A stretch of 64,000 bases of DNA from Planctomycetota bacterium (GTDB taxonomy: Bacteria; Planctomycetota; GCA-002687715; CAIWVZ01), in assembly GCA_044222185.1 (NCBI GenBank), contig JBGANV010000002.1, forward strand, positions 384,001 through 448,000. The letters run 5' to 3'. This document shows positions 48,144 through 58,591 of this stretch, in pieces (position 1 is the stretch's first letter; the number at the start of each line of letters is the position of its first letter). The position numbers and the translations under genes are program-made. Under the pieces are notes generated by a model. That model did no database searches. It worked only from the letters and a program-made list of their open reading frames with translations, and had not been told where the DNA came from.

Positions 48144-49064
48144 TCAAGCCTGTGTCGCGGCGGACGCCAGGAGGCCCTCGACGTCGGCCCGATGGGGGAG
48201 TGACGATTGGGCTCCTGCGCGCGTGACCGCGAGCGCGCCCGCCGCGGCTGCGAATCGCAGCGCATGACGGACGGGCGACGCCATCGCACAAGCCGTGGCG
48301 AATGATCCGACGAAGGCGTCGCCGGCGCCCACCGTGTCGACGGCGTTCACCGGAAAGGCCGGCGTGCGAATCAACTCGCTCTCGTGGAGCGTGAGCGCGC
48401 CTCGATCCCCGAGGGTCACGACGACCGTCTTTGGACCGAGCGCCCGGAGCGCCGCAAGCAACGTCGAGATCTCACCGCTCGTCCCGGCCACGATCGCGGC
48501 CTCCGTTTCGTTGACGACGAGCGTGCGGACGCCCGCGAGCAGCTCGCGGGGCAGTGTCGCCGCCGGCGCGGCGTTCAGGATGACGTGACGATCGGACGCC
48601 GCCGCCAGTTGGACTGCATGCGTGATGGCCGCGAGCGGCGTCTCGAGCTGCACGACGAGCACGTCGGCGTCCACGATGGCCTGCCGGCTTCGGTCCACGT
48701 CGGAGGGTGTGAGGGTCGCGTTGGCACCCGCTGCAACGACGATCGTGTTGGCGCCGGCCGCGTCGACCGTGATGAGGGCGATCCCCGTGGGGACATCATC
48801 ACGGCGGAGCACCCCGGTGACGTCCACACCGTCGGCCGCCAGACCGGCGACGAGTGCGTTGCCGAAGGCATCCTGGCCGCACGCCCCGACCATGGTCACT
48901 CGAGCGCCGAGGCGCGCGGCCGCGACTGCCTGATTGGCGCCCTTCCCGCCAGCGTGATTCGCGAACCCCCCGCCGAGAAGCGTCTCACCAGGCGCAGGAA
49001 GTCTCGGCGTCGTGACGACCAGATCCATGTTGAGCGACCCCACGACCACGACGGATGGCGTCAT
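48144..49064 (-). CDS. rbsK: Ribokinase
   Basis: VVGSLNMD, GGKGANQAVAAARLG, LNAAPA, NETEA, VDTVGAGDAF. Confidence 0.93.
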   Translation of the reverse strand: MTPSVVVVGSLNMDLVVTTPRLPAPGETLLGGGFANHAGGKGANQAVAAARLGARVTMVGACGQDAFGNALVAGLAADGVDVTGVLRRDDVPTGIALITVDAAGANTIVVAAGANATLTPSDVDRSRQAIVDADVLVVQLETPLAAITHAVQLAAASDRHVILNAAPAATLPRELLAGVRTLVVNETEAAIVAGTSGEISTLLAALRALGPKTVVVTLGDRGALTLHESELIRTPAFPVNAVDTVGAGDAFVGSFATACAMASPVRHALRFAAAAGALAVTRAGAQSSLPHRADVEGLLASAATQA

Positions 49065-49179
49065 GAGCGGAGCTTAGCCGCTGGCGCGAAAGCCGCCGAG
49101 GCACGGGCACACGCTCGCGCGTTTGGCGAGTATGATCCGCGTCCATCCCCTACGCTGACCGACACGAACGGAGTCGTCG

Positions 49180-50457
49180 ATGTTGTCCGGACGCGCCCTC
49201 TGCCTGGCTTCGCTCCTCGTCCTCAACGGTGCGATCGTCGTCGCACAGGAGTCGAAACCGACCACCGAGGCTCAGCTCAAGTCAGCCATCGCTGACGGAG
49301 TCAAGCTCCTGATCGCGCAACAGGAGAACTACATCCTCGGACTTGAGCCGCGTCCGCGCAGGTTCAAGACGCCCGAGGACGAGAAGGCCTGGGCCGCTCG
49401 CAACCAGGCCAGGATCGAGGTCGCCCGGAAGGATGGCAAGGCTGCCACGGAGTGGCCGTACGAGGGTGTGTACCGCGTCGGAGCCGAGATCCCACCCGGG
49501 TACCGCGTCGGCGGTACGGCGATCGTCTGCTGGTCGTTGATGGAGGTGCCGGGCTTCGATGGGGACGCGGCGCGGCAGGCTGCCGTCGCGCGCGGTCTCG
49601 ACTTCGCGATGCACGAACTCGAGACGAACGACCTCCTTCAAAATGGATTCCTCGGGACCTACGACGTTCGCGGGTGGGCGCATGCCTACGGACTGCACGT
49701 GCTGTTGCGCGCGCTCGAGTTGAAGGCCGTCACGGGCGAGCGGGCGACCCGGGCGAAGGCGCTGATCCAGAAGCTCATCAAGACGATCGAGGACACGGAG
49801 ATCGCGAAGACCGGAGGATGGAACTACTCGCGCCCGGCCGGGATGACGAAGAGCAATCCATCGAGCACGTTCATGACCGCCCCGACGCTTCAGGCGCTCT
49901 TCGCCGCGAAGAAGCAGGGGTTTGCGGTGAAGCCCGAGGTGATCGCGCGCGGACTCGACGTCCTCGAGAAGGCGCGCGTGGATTCCGGCGCGTTCCAGTA
50001 CGGGCAGAGCGAGCGTGGGCGGACTTCGCCCATCAACACGCCGGCGGGATCGTGCGCGCGCACCGCGATCTGCGAGGTGACCCTCCTGGCCGCAGGTCGT
50101 TCGTCGGTCGATCGGGTGCGCGACGCAGTGAAGGCCTTCTTCGCGAATTGGCAGTTCCTGGAGGACCGCCGCAGGAAACCGGGCACCCACGAGGGTCCCT
50201 ACGCCATAGCGCCCTACTTCTTCCACTACGGTCACACGTACGTCGCCCAGGCGATCGAGGCGCTTCCCGCGGCGGAGCGGGCCCCGTTGCGCGAGCAGCT
50301 CTATCAGCTCTATTGGAAGACGCGGGAGGCGGACGGCGGGTGGAACGACCGCGAGTTCCCGCGCTCGGAAGGCTTCGGCACGGCGATGGCGATTCTCGGG
50401 ATGCTGATGCCGAATCTACCCGAGCCCGCGCGCTACGTCGGCTCGCAGCAGCGTTGA
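49180..50457 (+). CDS. Exported prenyltransferase/squalene-oxidase-repeat (alpha/alpha toroid) protein
   Basis: Signal peptide; GGWNY, SGAFQY, YFFHYGH..AQA, DGGW repeats. Confidence 0.7.
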   Translation: MLSGRALCLASLLVLNGAIVVAQESKPTTEAQLKSAIADGVKLLIAQQENYILGLEPRPRRFKTPEDEKAWAARNQARIEVARKDGKAATEWPYEGVYRVGAEIPPGYRVGGTAIVCWSLMEVPGFDGDAARQAAVARGLDFAMHELETNDLLQNGFLGTYDVRGWAHAYGLHVLLRALELKAVTGERATRAKALIQKLIKTIEDTEIAKTGGWNYSRPAGMTKSNPSSTFMTAPTLQALFAAKKQGFAVKPEVIARGLDVLEKARVDSGAFQYGQSERGRTSPINTPAGSCARTAICEVTLLAAGRSSVDRVRDAVKAFFANWQFLEDRRRKPGTHEGPYAIAPYFFHYGHTYVAQAIEALPAAERAPLREQLYQLYWKTREADGGWNDREFPRSEGFGTAMAILGMLMPNLPEPARYVGSQQR

Positions 50458-50506
50458 GGGAGCGGTCGCGCGGCGCTGGTAGCATCTCCGCCTTCGGAGC
50501 TGCCCC

Positions 50507-52612
50507 ATGCATCGTGTCATCCGCCGCCTCGCGTTCGCCTTCATCGCCTCCTCGCTTCTTTGCGGCTGCGCCACGGAGAAGCCGTGGCTCACGACGGGAC
50601 AGCGGCGCGAGATTTTCGATGCCGCGTGGACGACGATCGCCGACCGCCACTACGACCCGAAGCTCGGCGGCGTCGACTGGCAGCACGTCCACGACGAGGT
50701 CGGCCCGAAGGTCGACCAGGCGTCCAACGACGGCGAGTTCCGATCGGCGCTCCGCGAGTTGACGGCAGCTCTCGGGCATTCGCACGTGAACGTCCTTCCG
50801 CCTGACGACGAACTCGACGGCGATGCTGGCGAGGCGAGCGGCCCAGAGGGAGCGCGCGCCGGCGGCGGCAAGGATGGGGTGGCGGATGGCGTCGCAGGGT
50901 TCGACGTCTCTGGCGTCGAGGATGCGATGATCGTCGTGCGCGTGCATCCGGGATCGCCTGCGGAAGCCGCCGGCGTGCGCGTGGGGGACGAGGTGATCGG
51001 GACGAACGGGAACGATCTGGATCGCATCCGCAGACGGGCGCAGGAACGTTCCCCGGAGCGCTGGCAGGGATTCGTTCCGTACCTCATCGAGAATGCCCTC
51101 GCCGGACAGCCGGGCGAGGCCGTCACGGCGACGTTGCGCGCACCGTCGGGTGAAACGCGCGACGTGACGCTGAAGCTGGCGAAGCCGGACGTTCCGCGGA
51201 TCCACTTCGGCAACCTGGGATCGATGACGGCCGACTTCGAGGCCCGTCGACTGGACGGCAACGTCCAGTACGTCCGCTTCAGCCCGTGCTTCACCGAGGT
51301 GCTGGAGCGGGTGAACGAGGCGCTGGACGGCGCGCGGGACGCGAGCGGCGTGATCATCGATCTGCGAGGAAACCCCGGCGGACTCGGCACCATCGCCATG
51401 GGCGTCGCCAGGTCGTTCCTGGGCAACGAAGTCGACCTCGGCGTGATGCGCACGCGGACCGACGAGATCCACTTCCGCGTGAATCCGTCCCCCAATCCCT
51501 ACGTGGGACCGCTCGTGATCATCGTGGACGCGTCGTCGGCAAGCACGTCCGAGATCCTGGCGTCGGGCCTTCAGGCCGTGGGACGTGCGCGCGTCGTCGG
51601 CAACACGTCGATGGGCGCGGCCCTGCCGTCCGTCGTGGAGAAGCTCCCGTACCGCTGGCGACTTCAGACCGTCGTCGCAGACTTCAGGCTCCCTGACGGA
51701 TCACTGGTCGAAGGGCGGGGTGTCGTTCCTGACGTCGAAGTGAAGGCGAAGAAGGCCGATTTCGCGGCGGGTCGCGACCCCTACGTCGAGACCGCCCTCC
51801 GCGAGCTCGCCAACGCACCGCGGTTGAAGCCGACGAGCCAATCGGCACCCGATACGGCTCCCGCAGCCACCGAGTCCCAACCATCCGCGATCGAAGTGTC
51901 GCCCGAAGCGGCGGCGGTGATGGACGCCATCGTCACTGCGATGGGCGGCGCCGAACGCCTGCGGTCGACGAAAAGCATCCGAACGCGGTCGACGATGACC
52001 GTGATGGGGCTGAAAGCGACCATCGATTCGCTCATCGCCGCCCCGAACAGATTGCGCGTCGTCACGGACATGACATCCGTCGGAGAGACGATCCAGGTGT
52101 TCGACGGCACCCAGTGTTGGAGCGCCGATCCCATCCAGGGCCTTCGCGAGCTGAAGGGCGAGGAGCTGGCGCAGATCCGCCGCCAGGCGTACCTCGACTC
52201 GGCCGCCCGTTGGCGCGAATCCTTTGCGAAGATCGAGATCATCGAGCGGACGAAGGACGGCAATCACGACGCCATCGTCTTGAAGCAGACGCCGCTCCCC
52301 GGTGAAGGCGAGCCGAAGACCGTGTGGGTCGACGCGGCGACCCACCTCGCCTACAAGACCAAGGGAGTGAGCAAGACGGCCATGGGCAAGATGTCGACCA
52401 CGTCGGAAGTGATCGAGTACAAGGAGATCGACGGCATTCTCACGGAAACCAAGGTCGTCATGACCGTCTCCACGGGGGTCAAGGTGACGATCACGACCGA
52501 AAGCGTCGAGCGCGACGTGCCCGTCGACGATTCCCTCTTCGTGAAACCGCCGGCGCCGAAGCCGCGAGCACGACGGACAGAGAGCGCTCCCGCCGCCAAG
52601 CCCAATCCTTGA
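50507..52612 (+). CDS. S41-family peptidase lipoprotein with PDZ domain and extra C-terminal beta-rich domain
   Basis: Lipobox LCGC; SPAEAAGVRVGD (PDZ); IIDLRGNPGG, SASTSE, EGRGVVPDV. Confidence 0.88.
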   Translation: MHRVIRRLAFAFIASSLLCGCATEKPWLTTGQRREIFDAAWTTIADRHYDPKLGGVDWQHVHDEVGPKVDQASNDGEFRSALRELTAALGHSHVNVLPPDDELDGDAGEASGPEGARAGGGKDGVADGVAGFDVSGVEDAMIVVRVHPGSPAEAAGVRVGDEVIGTNGNDLDRIRRRAQERSPERWQGFVPYLIENALAGQPGEAVTATLRAPSGETRDVTLKLAKPDVPRIHFGNLGSMTADFEARRLDGNVQYVRFSPCFTEVLERVNEALDGARDASGVIIDLRGNPGGLGTIAMGVARSFLGNEVDLGVMRTRTDEIHFRVNPSPNPYVGPLVIIVDASSASTSEILASGLQAVGRARVVGNTSMGAALPSVVEKLPYRWRLQTVVADFRLPDGSLVEGRGVVPDVEVKAKKADFAAGRDPYVETALRELANAPRLKPTSQSAPDTAPAATESQPSAIEVSPEAAAVMDAIVTAMGGAERLRSTKSIRTRSTMTVMGLKATIDSLIAAPNRLRVVTDMTSVGETIQVFDGTQCWSADPIQGLRELKGEELAQIRRQAYLDSAARWRESFAKIEIIERTKDGNHDAIVLKQTPLPGEGEPKTVWVDAATHLAYKTKGVSKTAMGKMSTTSEVIEYKEIDGILTETKVVMTVSTGVKVTITTESVERDVPVDDSLFVKPPAPKPRARRTESAPAAKPNP

Positions 52613-52869
52613 CCGCGACCCGTCGGGTTCTCCGGCCGAAGTGGCAGCCCGCTGGTGCCGTCGCCGGGGCTCTGCTCCTTCGCGTGGGTGATGCCGTCGC
52701 CGAGCCTCGGTCCAAAATCTGTCGCCGACGGGATCGGCGCCGTGGGGTTCTCGAACCAAGCGTGCTCAAGAGACCCTGAGCGCTGGCCTGGTGGTGCCCG
52801 ATGCCGTCGGGCGCAGGCGAGCGATGTGCATCTCGCCCGTCGTCCGGGCTCGACCCACGGAGAGTCGTC

Positions 52870-53967
52870 ATGGCACGCCCACAGCGGTCTCGTTCGCTCG
52901 TCAACCGTTCGTTTTCATGCCGCAATCTGGCCATTCGAGTGATCGTCCTCTTGGCGTTCACGGGGACGGCGACCCTCGCTCAGAACGTCACCGCCTTCAC
53001 CGACGACTTCGAATCTCCCGGGCTGAAGCCGTTCTGGTCGCAGCTCGCGACCCAAGGCACGGTGACGTACCCGTCAACGATCCATTATCACAGCTTCAAT
53101 CACAGCGTGCGCCTCGACACGAACGGACCGACTTCGGGCAACGCGGCCAAGTTCGCCATGATCCGGCACGTCTTTCCCGCTCCCGTCTACGGCGAGATCG
53201 GGGTGTGGCTTCTCGATACGGGAGCCAACGTCTCGTCGAGCAACTATCTCACGCTGAACACGGGCCCGTTCACGCTGGGGACGTGGGACTACATGACGGC
53301 GGCGGCCGGTGGCTTCTACACGTTCAGCGCGCCGAACGTCAGCGGCAACACGACCATCCCGCGCACGTTCGGGTGGCACCACCTCGTGATGCGCGCGACG
53401 GCGACGTCATCGACGCTGAGCATCGACGGCATCACCGTGTACAGCGGCGCCGGAGGGACCAGATTCGTCGAGGTGCAGCTCGACATGCACGCACCGCTTT
53501 GGCGCCCAGGGTTCACCGCCTACTTCGACGACTTCTCGTTCGACCCGCTGGGGCAGGCGAATTCGGCGTGCGCGAGCCTGACGGTGAACGGTGTGGGGGG
53601 GACCGGCCACGGGCCGCTCGCCGTCACCGCACCCGCGGGGAATCCGTGCAGTTTCCAGTGGTCGGGCGCGCCGAATCAGCCCGTCGCTCTCGCCATCACG
53701 CCTACCTTCGTTCCGGGACAACAGTTCGGAGGGGCGTTGGTGGTCGACGTGAATCTCAGCAACTACGGCTTCGTCTTCAACGGAGCCAGCACTCCTGGAT
53801 TCCCGCTCTACACGGACGCGCTCGGTCAAGCGGCGCAGTCGTTCTCGGTCTCGCCAAGCTTCGCAGGCGCGGTGGCGCACGTGCAGGGGATCGTCTTCGA
53901 CGCAGCGAACACCTGCTCGGGTGGCATCGGGCTGATGACGACGGCGAGCTTCGAGATCCGATTCTGA
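52870..53967 (+). CDS. Secreted protein with LamG/ConA-like domain and planctomycete-type C-terminal beta domain
   Basis: Signal ending TLAQ; FTDDFES, GWHHLV...LSIDG, YFDDF; C-terminal AGAVAHVQGIVFD. Confidence 0.7.
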   Translation: MARPQRSRSLVNRSFSCRNLAIRVIVLLAFTGTATLAQNVTAFTDDFESPGLKPFWSQLATQGTVTYPSTIHYHSFNHSVRLDTNGPTSGNAAKFAMIRHVFPAPVYGEIGVWLLDTGANVSSSNYLTLNTGPFTLGTWDYMTAAAGGFYTFSAPNVSGNTTIPRTFGWHHLVMRATATSSTLSIDGITVYSGAGGTRFVEVQLDMHAPLWRPGFTAYFDDFSFDPLGQANSACASLTVNGVGGTGHGPLAVTAPAGNPCSFQWSGAPNQPVALAITPTFVPGQQFGGALVVDVNLSNYGFVFNGASTPGFPLYTDALGQAAQSFSVSPSFAGAVAHVQGIVFDAANTCSGGIGLMTTASFEIRF

Positions 53968-53983
53968 CCCGAGGGCGGAGGTC

Positions 53984-55135
53984 CTACGGCGCGCTCTCGG
54001 GCGCGCCGGGCACGAGTCCAATCTCCGCGAGCAACGGGCGGACGTCGACGGGTTGACGCGTGAGCGCCGAACGCCGGACGGCTTCCATGACGCAGAAGGT
54101 CTCCAAGCCCTCCTCCAGCGTGGGGGACCACGGCGTGCCATCGATCAGCGCTCGCGCGAAGTGATCGAGGTAGTTGGCGAACTCGCCATAGTGCATGCCG
54201 TGGACCTCGGAGTTGAAGTAGCGATGGCGGAGCGCATACAGCGGGTCCTCGGTCACCTCAGTCCCATCGGGCGACGAATGCACGTAGCGCATGTCGTGGT
54301 ATTGAGCGAGGCCCGAACGCCGGCTGCCGTAGAGCATGAGCTCGATGCAATTGCGCGCGGTCGGCAATTCGTGGCAACCGTAATGGCCCATGGCCCGACC
54401 GATGCGGCCGTCCGCGGCGACGAGGTTCGCCGTGTAGATGTCGAACGTGGAGAGGCCGTAGCTCGTTCCCAACGCCGAGCGCCCGCCTAACGCCTGGACC
54501 TGAACGATGGGGCCCAGGTACCACCGCACAAGATCGATCGGGTGGCTCATCCCGAGGAAGATCCAGTCCGTGTCGGTCACCGCCCACGGGCTCTTGTCGT
54601 AGAACCAGTCCATCCGGTGAATGTAGTGCGCATCGACGAGTTCGAGGGCGCCGTACTCGCCTGCGTCGAACGAACGCCGTTGGCGCTGGAACGGCTCGAA
54701 GAACCGGGTGCTCTGGCCGACGAGCAGCTTGCGTCCCGTTCGCCGTGCCGCGGCGAGCACCGTTCGCGCATCAGCGATCGAATTGACGAGAGGCTTGGTG
54801 CAGATGACGTCCTTGCCCGCATCGAACGCGGCGGTGATGTGCGTGCCGTGCAACGCATCCGGTGTGTAGATCGCGACGATGTCGACGTCCGCCATCGCCA
54901 GGAGCGCGGCGTAGTCCGTCGTGAACGCGATGTCGGGCCGCTCGGCGCGGGTCGTCGCGATCTTCTCCTCCGAGAGGTCGCAGGCGGCCACGACTCGGGC
55001 ATGCCGGCAGCGATCACTGCCGATCACGAGCGTCCGCCCTTCGTGGAGACCGACGACGCCCACGCGCTTCTGGACCGGCGCCTTGTCGCCCCCGTCATCC
55101 CGCCGGACGCCCGGTATGTGCTTGAGGAACGTCAC
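53984..55135 (-). CDS. Gfo/Idh/MocA family oxidoreductase
   Basis: RVGVVGL, YTPDALH, GKDVICTKPL, VGQSTRF, HPIDL. GTG start overlaps the upstream stop. Confidence 0.88.
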   Translation of the reverse strand: MTFLKHIPGVRRDDGGDKAPVQKRVGVVGLHEGRTLVIGSDRCRHARVVAACDLSEEKIATTRAERPDIAFTTDYAALLAMADVDIVAIYTPDALHGTHITAAFDAGKDVICTKPLVNSIADARTVLAAARRTGRKLLVGQSTRFFEPFQRQRRSFDAGEYGALELVDAHYIHRMDWFYDKSPWAVTDTDWIFLGMSHPIDLVRWYLGPIVQVQALGGRSALGTSYGLSTFDIYTANLVAADGRIGRAMGHYGCHELPTARNCIELMLYGSRRSGLAQYHDMRYVHSSPDGTEVTEDPLYALRHRYFNSEVHGMHYGEFANYLDHFARALIDGTPWSPTLEEGLETFCVMEAVRRSALTRQPVDVRPLLAEIGLVPGAPESAP

Positions 55136-57636
55136 GAATGCACCGTGCGATGAACGGTGGCCCAGACGGATCGGTGAGCATCCAGATCGCGCGTGACTTT
55201 CCGGCCGATCTCGAGGTCGAGCATGACCGTGGCGATGGCGTGGGGTTCGAGGTCCATCGTGATCGAGCTCCATGGCAGTCCGTGGGGGCCGTGCACGACG
55301 GACGCGGCCTTCACGGGCAGGTCGAGTTCCGCCTCGCCCATGAGGTTCGTGCGAACGGCACGCGCGATGGGGCCGGGGAATATCATCGTGGCGGACGCGT
55401 GGCGGCCGTTCAGTTCCACGATTCGAAGGACGTAGGGGTGTCCCATGCCGCGACCGGCCCATCGATCCAAGCCTTCGCCCGCGTGTTCGCTCTCTCGGTA
55501 GAACGCCGTCGCGATCGCACCGGGCGCATCATCGTGGAACGGGCCGAACGCCGCGGGGATGTCACCGCCATCCCGCCGCGAGACCGCCGAGAGCACCGGC
55601 GCGTTGAACTCCTGTGCGAGCTTCCATCGCTCCGCGTGCGACATCCGCCCATGCGGAACCAGGCGGAGGCGGACGCGCAGCGAATCCCGGAAGAAGTCGC
55701 CATCCCAGGGGTCATGCATCGTCAGGAGCTGGCGGATCCGGTCACCCTCGCGGAAGAACGACTGACTGCCATCGTGGAGAAGGAGCAGACCGCGCCCTCC
55801 CTGGTGCATGTCCACGAGGCTCAAGCCGGTGAACGCCCCGCTCACCGTTTCGAACACCTGTGGAGACGTCATCCAGTCTCCAGTCGGATACTTGCGGACC
55901 CGCTCGTGGGTCGCCTGGACCGGCCCGATGGCGTACGGCGTGTCGTGGAGGAGTTCGAGCGGCTTCAGTGCCGGGCTCACGGTCGCGGTGAGGCCCGCGT
56001 GCATGCGCCCGTCGGGACGCGGCAACTGGTCTGCTGCGATCTCCACGTCGATGGCCTCGTGGATGTCCGCGCACGCGACGCGCATGGTCACCCGCGCGCC
56101 GTCTCGGCCGCGGCGCTCGATGACGACGATCGGCCGGCCGCAGTCGTGTTCCACGCGCACGTCGGCCTCGGAGAAGGTGTCCGTGGCTCCGCCGCGCACC
56201 ATCGCCAGGTCGAGGAGGGGGTGTTCGCCGTCGAGCAGTCCACCGGCGAACTCGTACGACGAGAGCTGTGAGATGACCCCGCGGCGTCGATCCACGGCCA
56301 CGCGCAGGTCGTCTCGAACGAGCGCGATTTCATCTTCGGACGTGATTGCCGCGGCAACTCCGTAGGGGATCGCGGCCGCATGTTCCGGATCCACCGTCGC
56401 GTAGCCGAACGCCGGGACGTGCTTCAACCGCAGCACGCGTCCCGCATCCCGATCCGTCACGACGATGTCCCGGGCGAACCCCAGCGAATTGAAGACGAGG
56501 CGGTGTCCGGCGGGAACGTCGGCGCGGTTGGCGAGGTGCGCGATGGTTCGATCGAGGACGTGGCCGCTGAGTCCGAGCGAGCGCTCGTAGGAACGCTCGC
56601 CGACGAACCCGCACAACGCCTCGCACTCGTCGTTGTCGTGGTGCTGCGCGGCGAGGAGCTCGCGCCACGCCTCCTCCAGCTCCCAGGTCGGGTAGACGTC
56701 CCAGCTCGCATAGGGTCGACCAAACATGCCCGCGACGGCGGAGACGGACTCCGCCGCCAGTAGCCGCGCCTCGGCGTTGCGACTCAGCCGGCGCATGAAG
56801 TCACCGTTCTTCCCCAGGCTCATCCCGTGGAAGACGTCATCCATGGTGTAGCGGCGAATGGGCGCACGGTCGTCCTCGCACGCGCGCACGAGCTCGGAGA
56901 GGGTCACGCACTTCACGTCGAGGCCGGGTTGAGCGAGCAGTTCCTGCAACCTGGGGAGGATGAGCTCGGCGCGGCACATCCAGTCCTTGGACGGCATCAG
57001 CTCGAGCCACTGAACGATGGCGGGTTTCGACTGCGAGCGCAGCTCGGGGTTGGAGAGCAGCCCCGTGAAATCCTCGGGCCATTGGTGCAGGCACAGATCG
57101 GTGCGCGCGGCAACGGCCAGAAGCGAGCCGTCGATTCCCTGCCAGCGCACGACGGGAACTTTCTCATGAGGGATGTGCGGCGTGTGCCACGTCCATTGGA
57201 AGAAGAGCGAGCCGGCCGTGAAACCGCAGCCCTTCAGGATCTGGGGGAGCTGGTCGTGGAAGTCGAATTCCTCCTCCCAGAAGGCGCGGGGTCGGACGCC
57301 GAGGAGTCGCATGGCAGCGCGCACGCCGAAGATCCTCTGGCGGACGTTCGACTCCCCTCCCTGAAACAAACCATAGGGTTGTCCGTATGAGGCGCCTACG
57401 ACCTCGACCCGCCCCTCGACTACCGCAGCCCGCAGGTCGGCCAACGCGTGCGGCGCGGACGCCGCCATCCGCTCGTAGCCCACACCATCGAAGTTGACGT
57501 TTCCCCGCGCACCTGACTCGTTCACGATCCGCAGCATGTCGCGCACGGAACCCGGCAGGACCTCGTAGCCCCACAGCCACTCCATGTCGACCCAGTGCAT
57601 GTGATTGCCGAACGTGTAGTAGACGGTCTTGCGCAT
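55132..57636 (-). CDS. GH38 alpha-mannosidase-like glycoside hydrolase (atypical motifs)
   Basis: HMHWVDMEWLW, GESNVRQ, QLPQILKGCG, WQGIDGS, LEEAWRELLAAQHHD, VFNSLGFAR. Confidence 0.78.
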   Translation of the reverse strand: MRKTVYYTFGNHMHWVDMEWLWGYEVLPGSVRDMLRIVNESGARGNVNFDGVGYERMAASAPHALADLRAAVVEGRVEVVGASYGQPYGLFQGGESNVRQRIFGVRAAMRLLGVRPRAFWEEEFDFHDQLPQILKGCGFTAGSLFFQWTWHTPHIPHEKVPVVRWQGIDGSLLAVAARTDLCLHQWPEDFTGLLSNPELRSQSKPAIVQWLELMPSKDWMCRAELILPRLQELLAQPGLDVKCVTLSELVRACEDDRAPIRRYTMDDVFHGMSLGKNGDFMRRLSRNAEARLLAAESVSAVAGMFGRPYASWDVYPTWELEEAWRELLAAQHHDNDECEALCGFVGERSYERSLGLSGHVLDRTIAHLANRADVPAGHRLVFNSLGFARDIVVTDRDAGRVLRLKHVPAFGYATVDPEHAAAIPYGVAAAITSEDEIALVRDDLRVAVDRRRGVISQLSSYEFAGGLLDGEHPLLDLAMVRGGATDTFSEADVRVEHDCGRPIVVIERRGRDGARVTMRVACADIHEAIDVEIAADQLPRPDGRMHAGLTATVSPALKPLELLHDTPYAIGPVQATHERVRKYPTGDWMTSPQVFETVSGAFTGLSLVDMHQGGRGLLLLHDGSQSFFREGDRIRQLLTMHDPWDGDFFRDSLRVRLRLVPHGRMSHAERWKLAQEFNAPVLSAVSRRDGGDIPAAFGPFHDDAPGAIATAFYRESEHAGEGLDRWAGRGMGHPYVLRIVELNGRHASATMIFPGPIARAVRTNLMGEAELDLPVKAASVVHGPHGLPWSSITMDLEPHAIATVMLDLEIGRKVTRDLDAHRSVWATVHRTVHS

Positions 57637-57772
57637 GTGAAAACCCGCCAGACGCCCCGGGAACGAAAGGGCCGCCCAGTTTAGCGCTACCTCGACGGGT
57701 GTTCGCCAAACCCCACGGGGCCGTTGACCGCGCTCCGCCGGCCGGTGAAGATCCCGTGAATCGGAGAGACCT

Positions 57773-58558
57773 GTGAATCGAACTCATCTCGTGATCATGC
57801 TCGTCGTCCTCGCGCTCGCCAGCGGGTCCTGCAACGTCCGAATCCTCGCAACGGGCTCACACGAGTCGATCGGCGTCGTCGAGTCGAGCATCAGCGTCCC
57901 GGGTCTCAAGTCTCTGAAGGTTCGCGTGGGAGCCGGCTCGATCACGGTCATCGAGGGCGCGTCGGGGGAGGTCAAGATCAGCGCCGACGTGCTCTACGAC
58001 GGCGGCGAGAAGAAGGCGGGCCGTCGGGCGGACCTCACCAAGGACGTGAAGGTCGACGTGAATGGGGGCGCCCTGACCGTGTCTGACGCGCACATGAGCG
58101 CGTCGGATCAGAACGCCTGGCAGTCGAAGCTCACCCTGACCGTGCCGGCGGGCCTGGAGTTGGACCTGGACGTCGCAGCCGGTGCGTGTCACACGTCCGC
58201 GTCGACGCCCAAGCTGAAGGCGCGCGTTGCGGCGGGTGATCTCGTCATTTCCGGCGCCGCGCTGGGCGAGATCGATGCGAAGACCTCCACGGGTGAGCTG
58301 AAGATCTCGTCGAAGGGCACGCTCGGAAACGTGATGGCGGAAGTCGGCGCGGGGAGCCTCGTGATCGAGGTGCCGAGCGCGTTCACCGGTGACGTCGATC
58401 TCGCGACGTCCGTCGGCAACGTCACGTTGAAGGGCACGCCGGAGCTGAAGGTGGCGCGCGAAGTGACGAGCGCATCATGCCGAGGAAAGATCGGTTCCGG
58501 TGCGACCACCGTGCGGGGCCGCACCGGAACCGGTGACGTTCGGTTCTCTCGCAGTTGA
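57773..58558 (+). CDS. DUF4097-like beta-strand repeat lipoprotein
   Basis: Lipobox ASGSC; repeats VGAGSI, VAAGDL, TSTGEL, TSVGNV, TGTGDV. Confidence 0.78.
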   Translation: MNRTHLVIMLVVLALASGSCNVRILATGSHESIGVVESSISVPGLKSLKVRVGAGSITVIEGASGEVKISADVLYDGGEKKAGRRADLTKDVKVDVNGGALTVSDAHMSASDQNAWQSKLTLTVPAGLELDLDVAAGACHTSASTPKLKARVAAGDLVISGAALGEIDAKTSTGELKISSKGTLGNVMAEVGAGSLVIEVPSAFTGDVDLATSVGNVTLKGTPELKVAREVTSASCRGKIGSGATTVRGRTGTGDVRFSRS

Positions 58559-58559
58559 T

Positions 58560-58579
58560 CCCCCCGCACGAGCGGGGGG
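58560..58579. terminator. GC hairpin between convergent genes (probable terminator)
   Basis: CCCCCCGC-ACGA-GCGGGGGG between the stops at 58558 and 58592; no U-tract. Confidence 0.55.
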
Positions 58580-58591
58580 CGGCCGAAGGTC

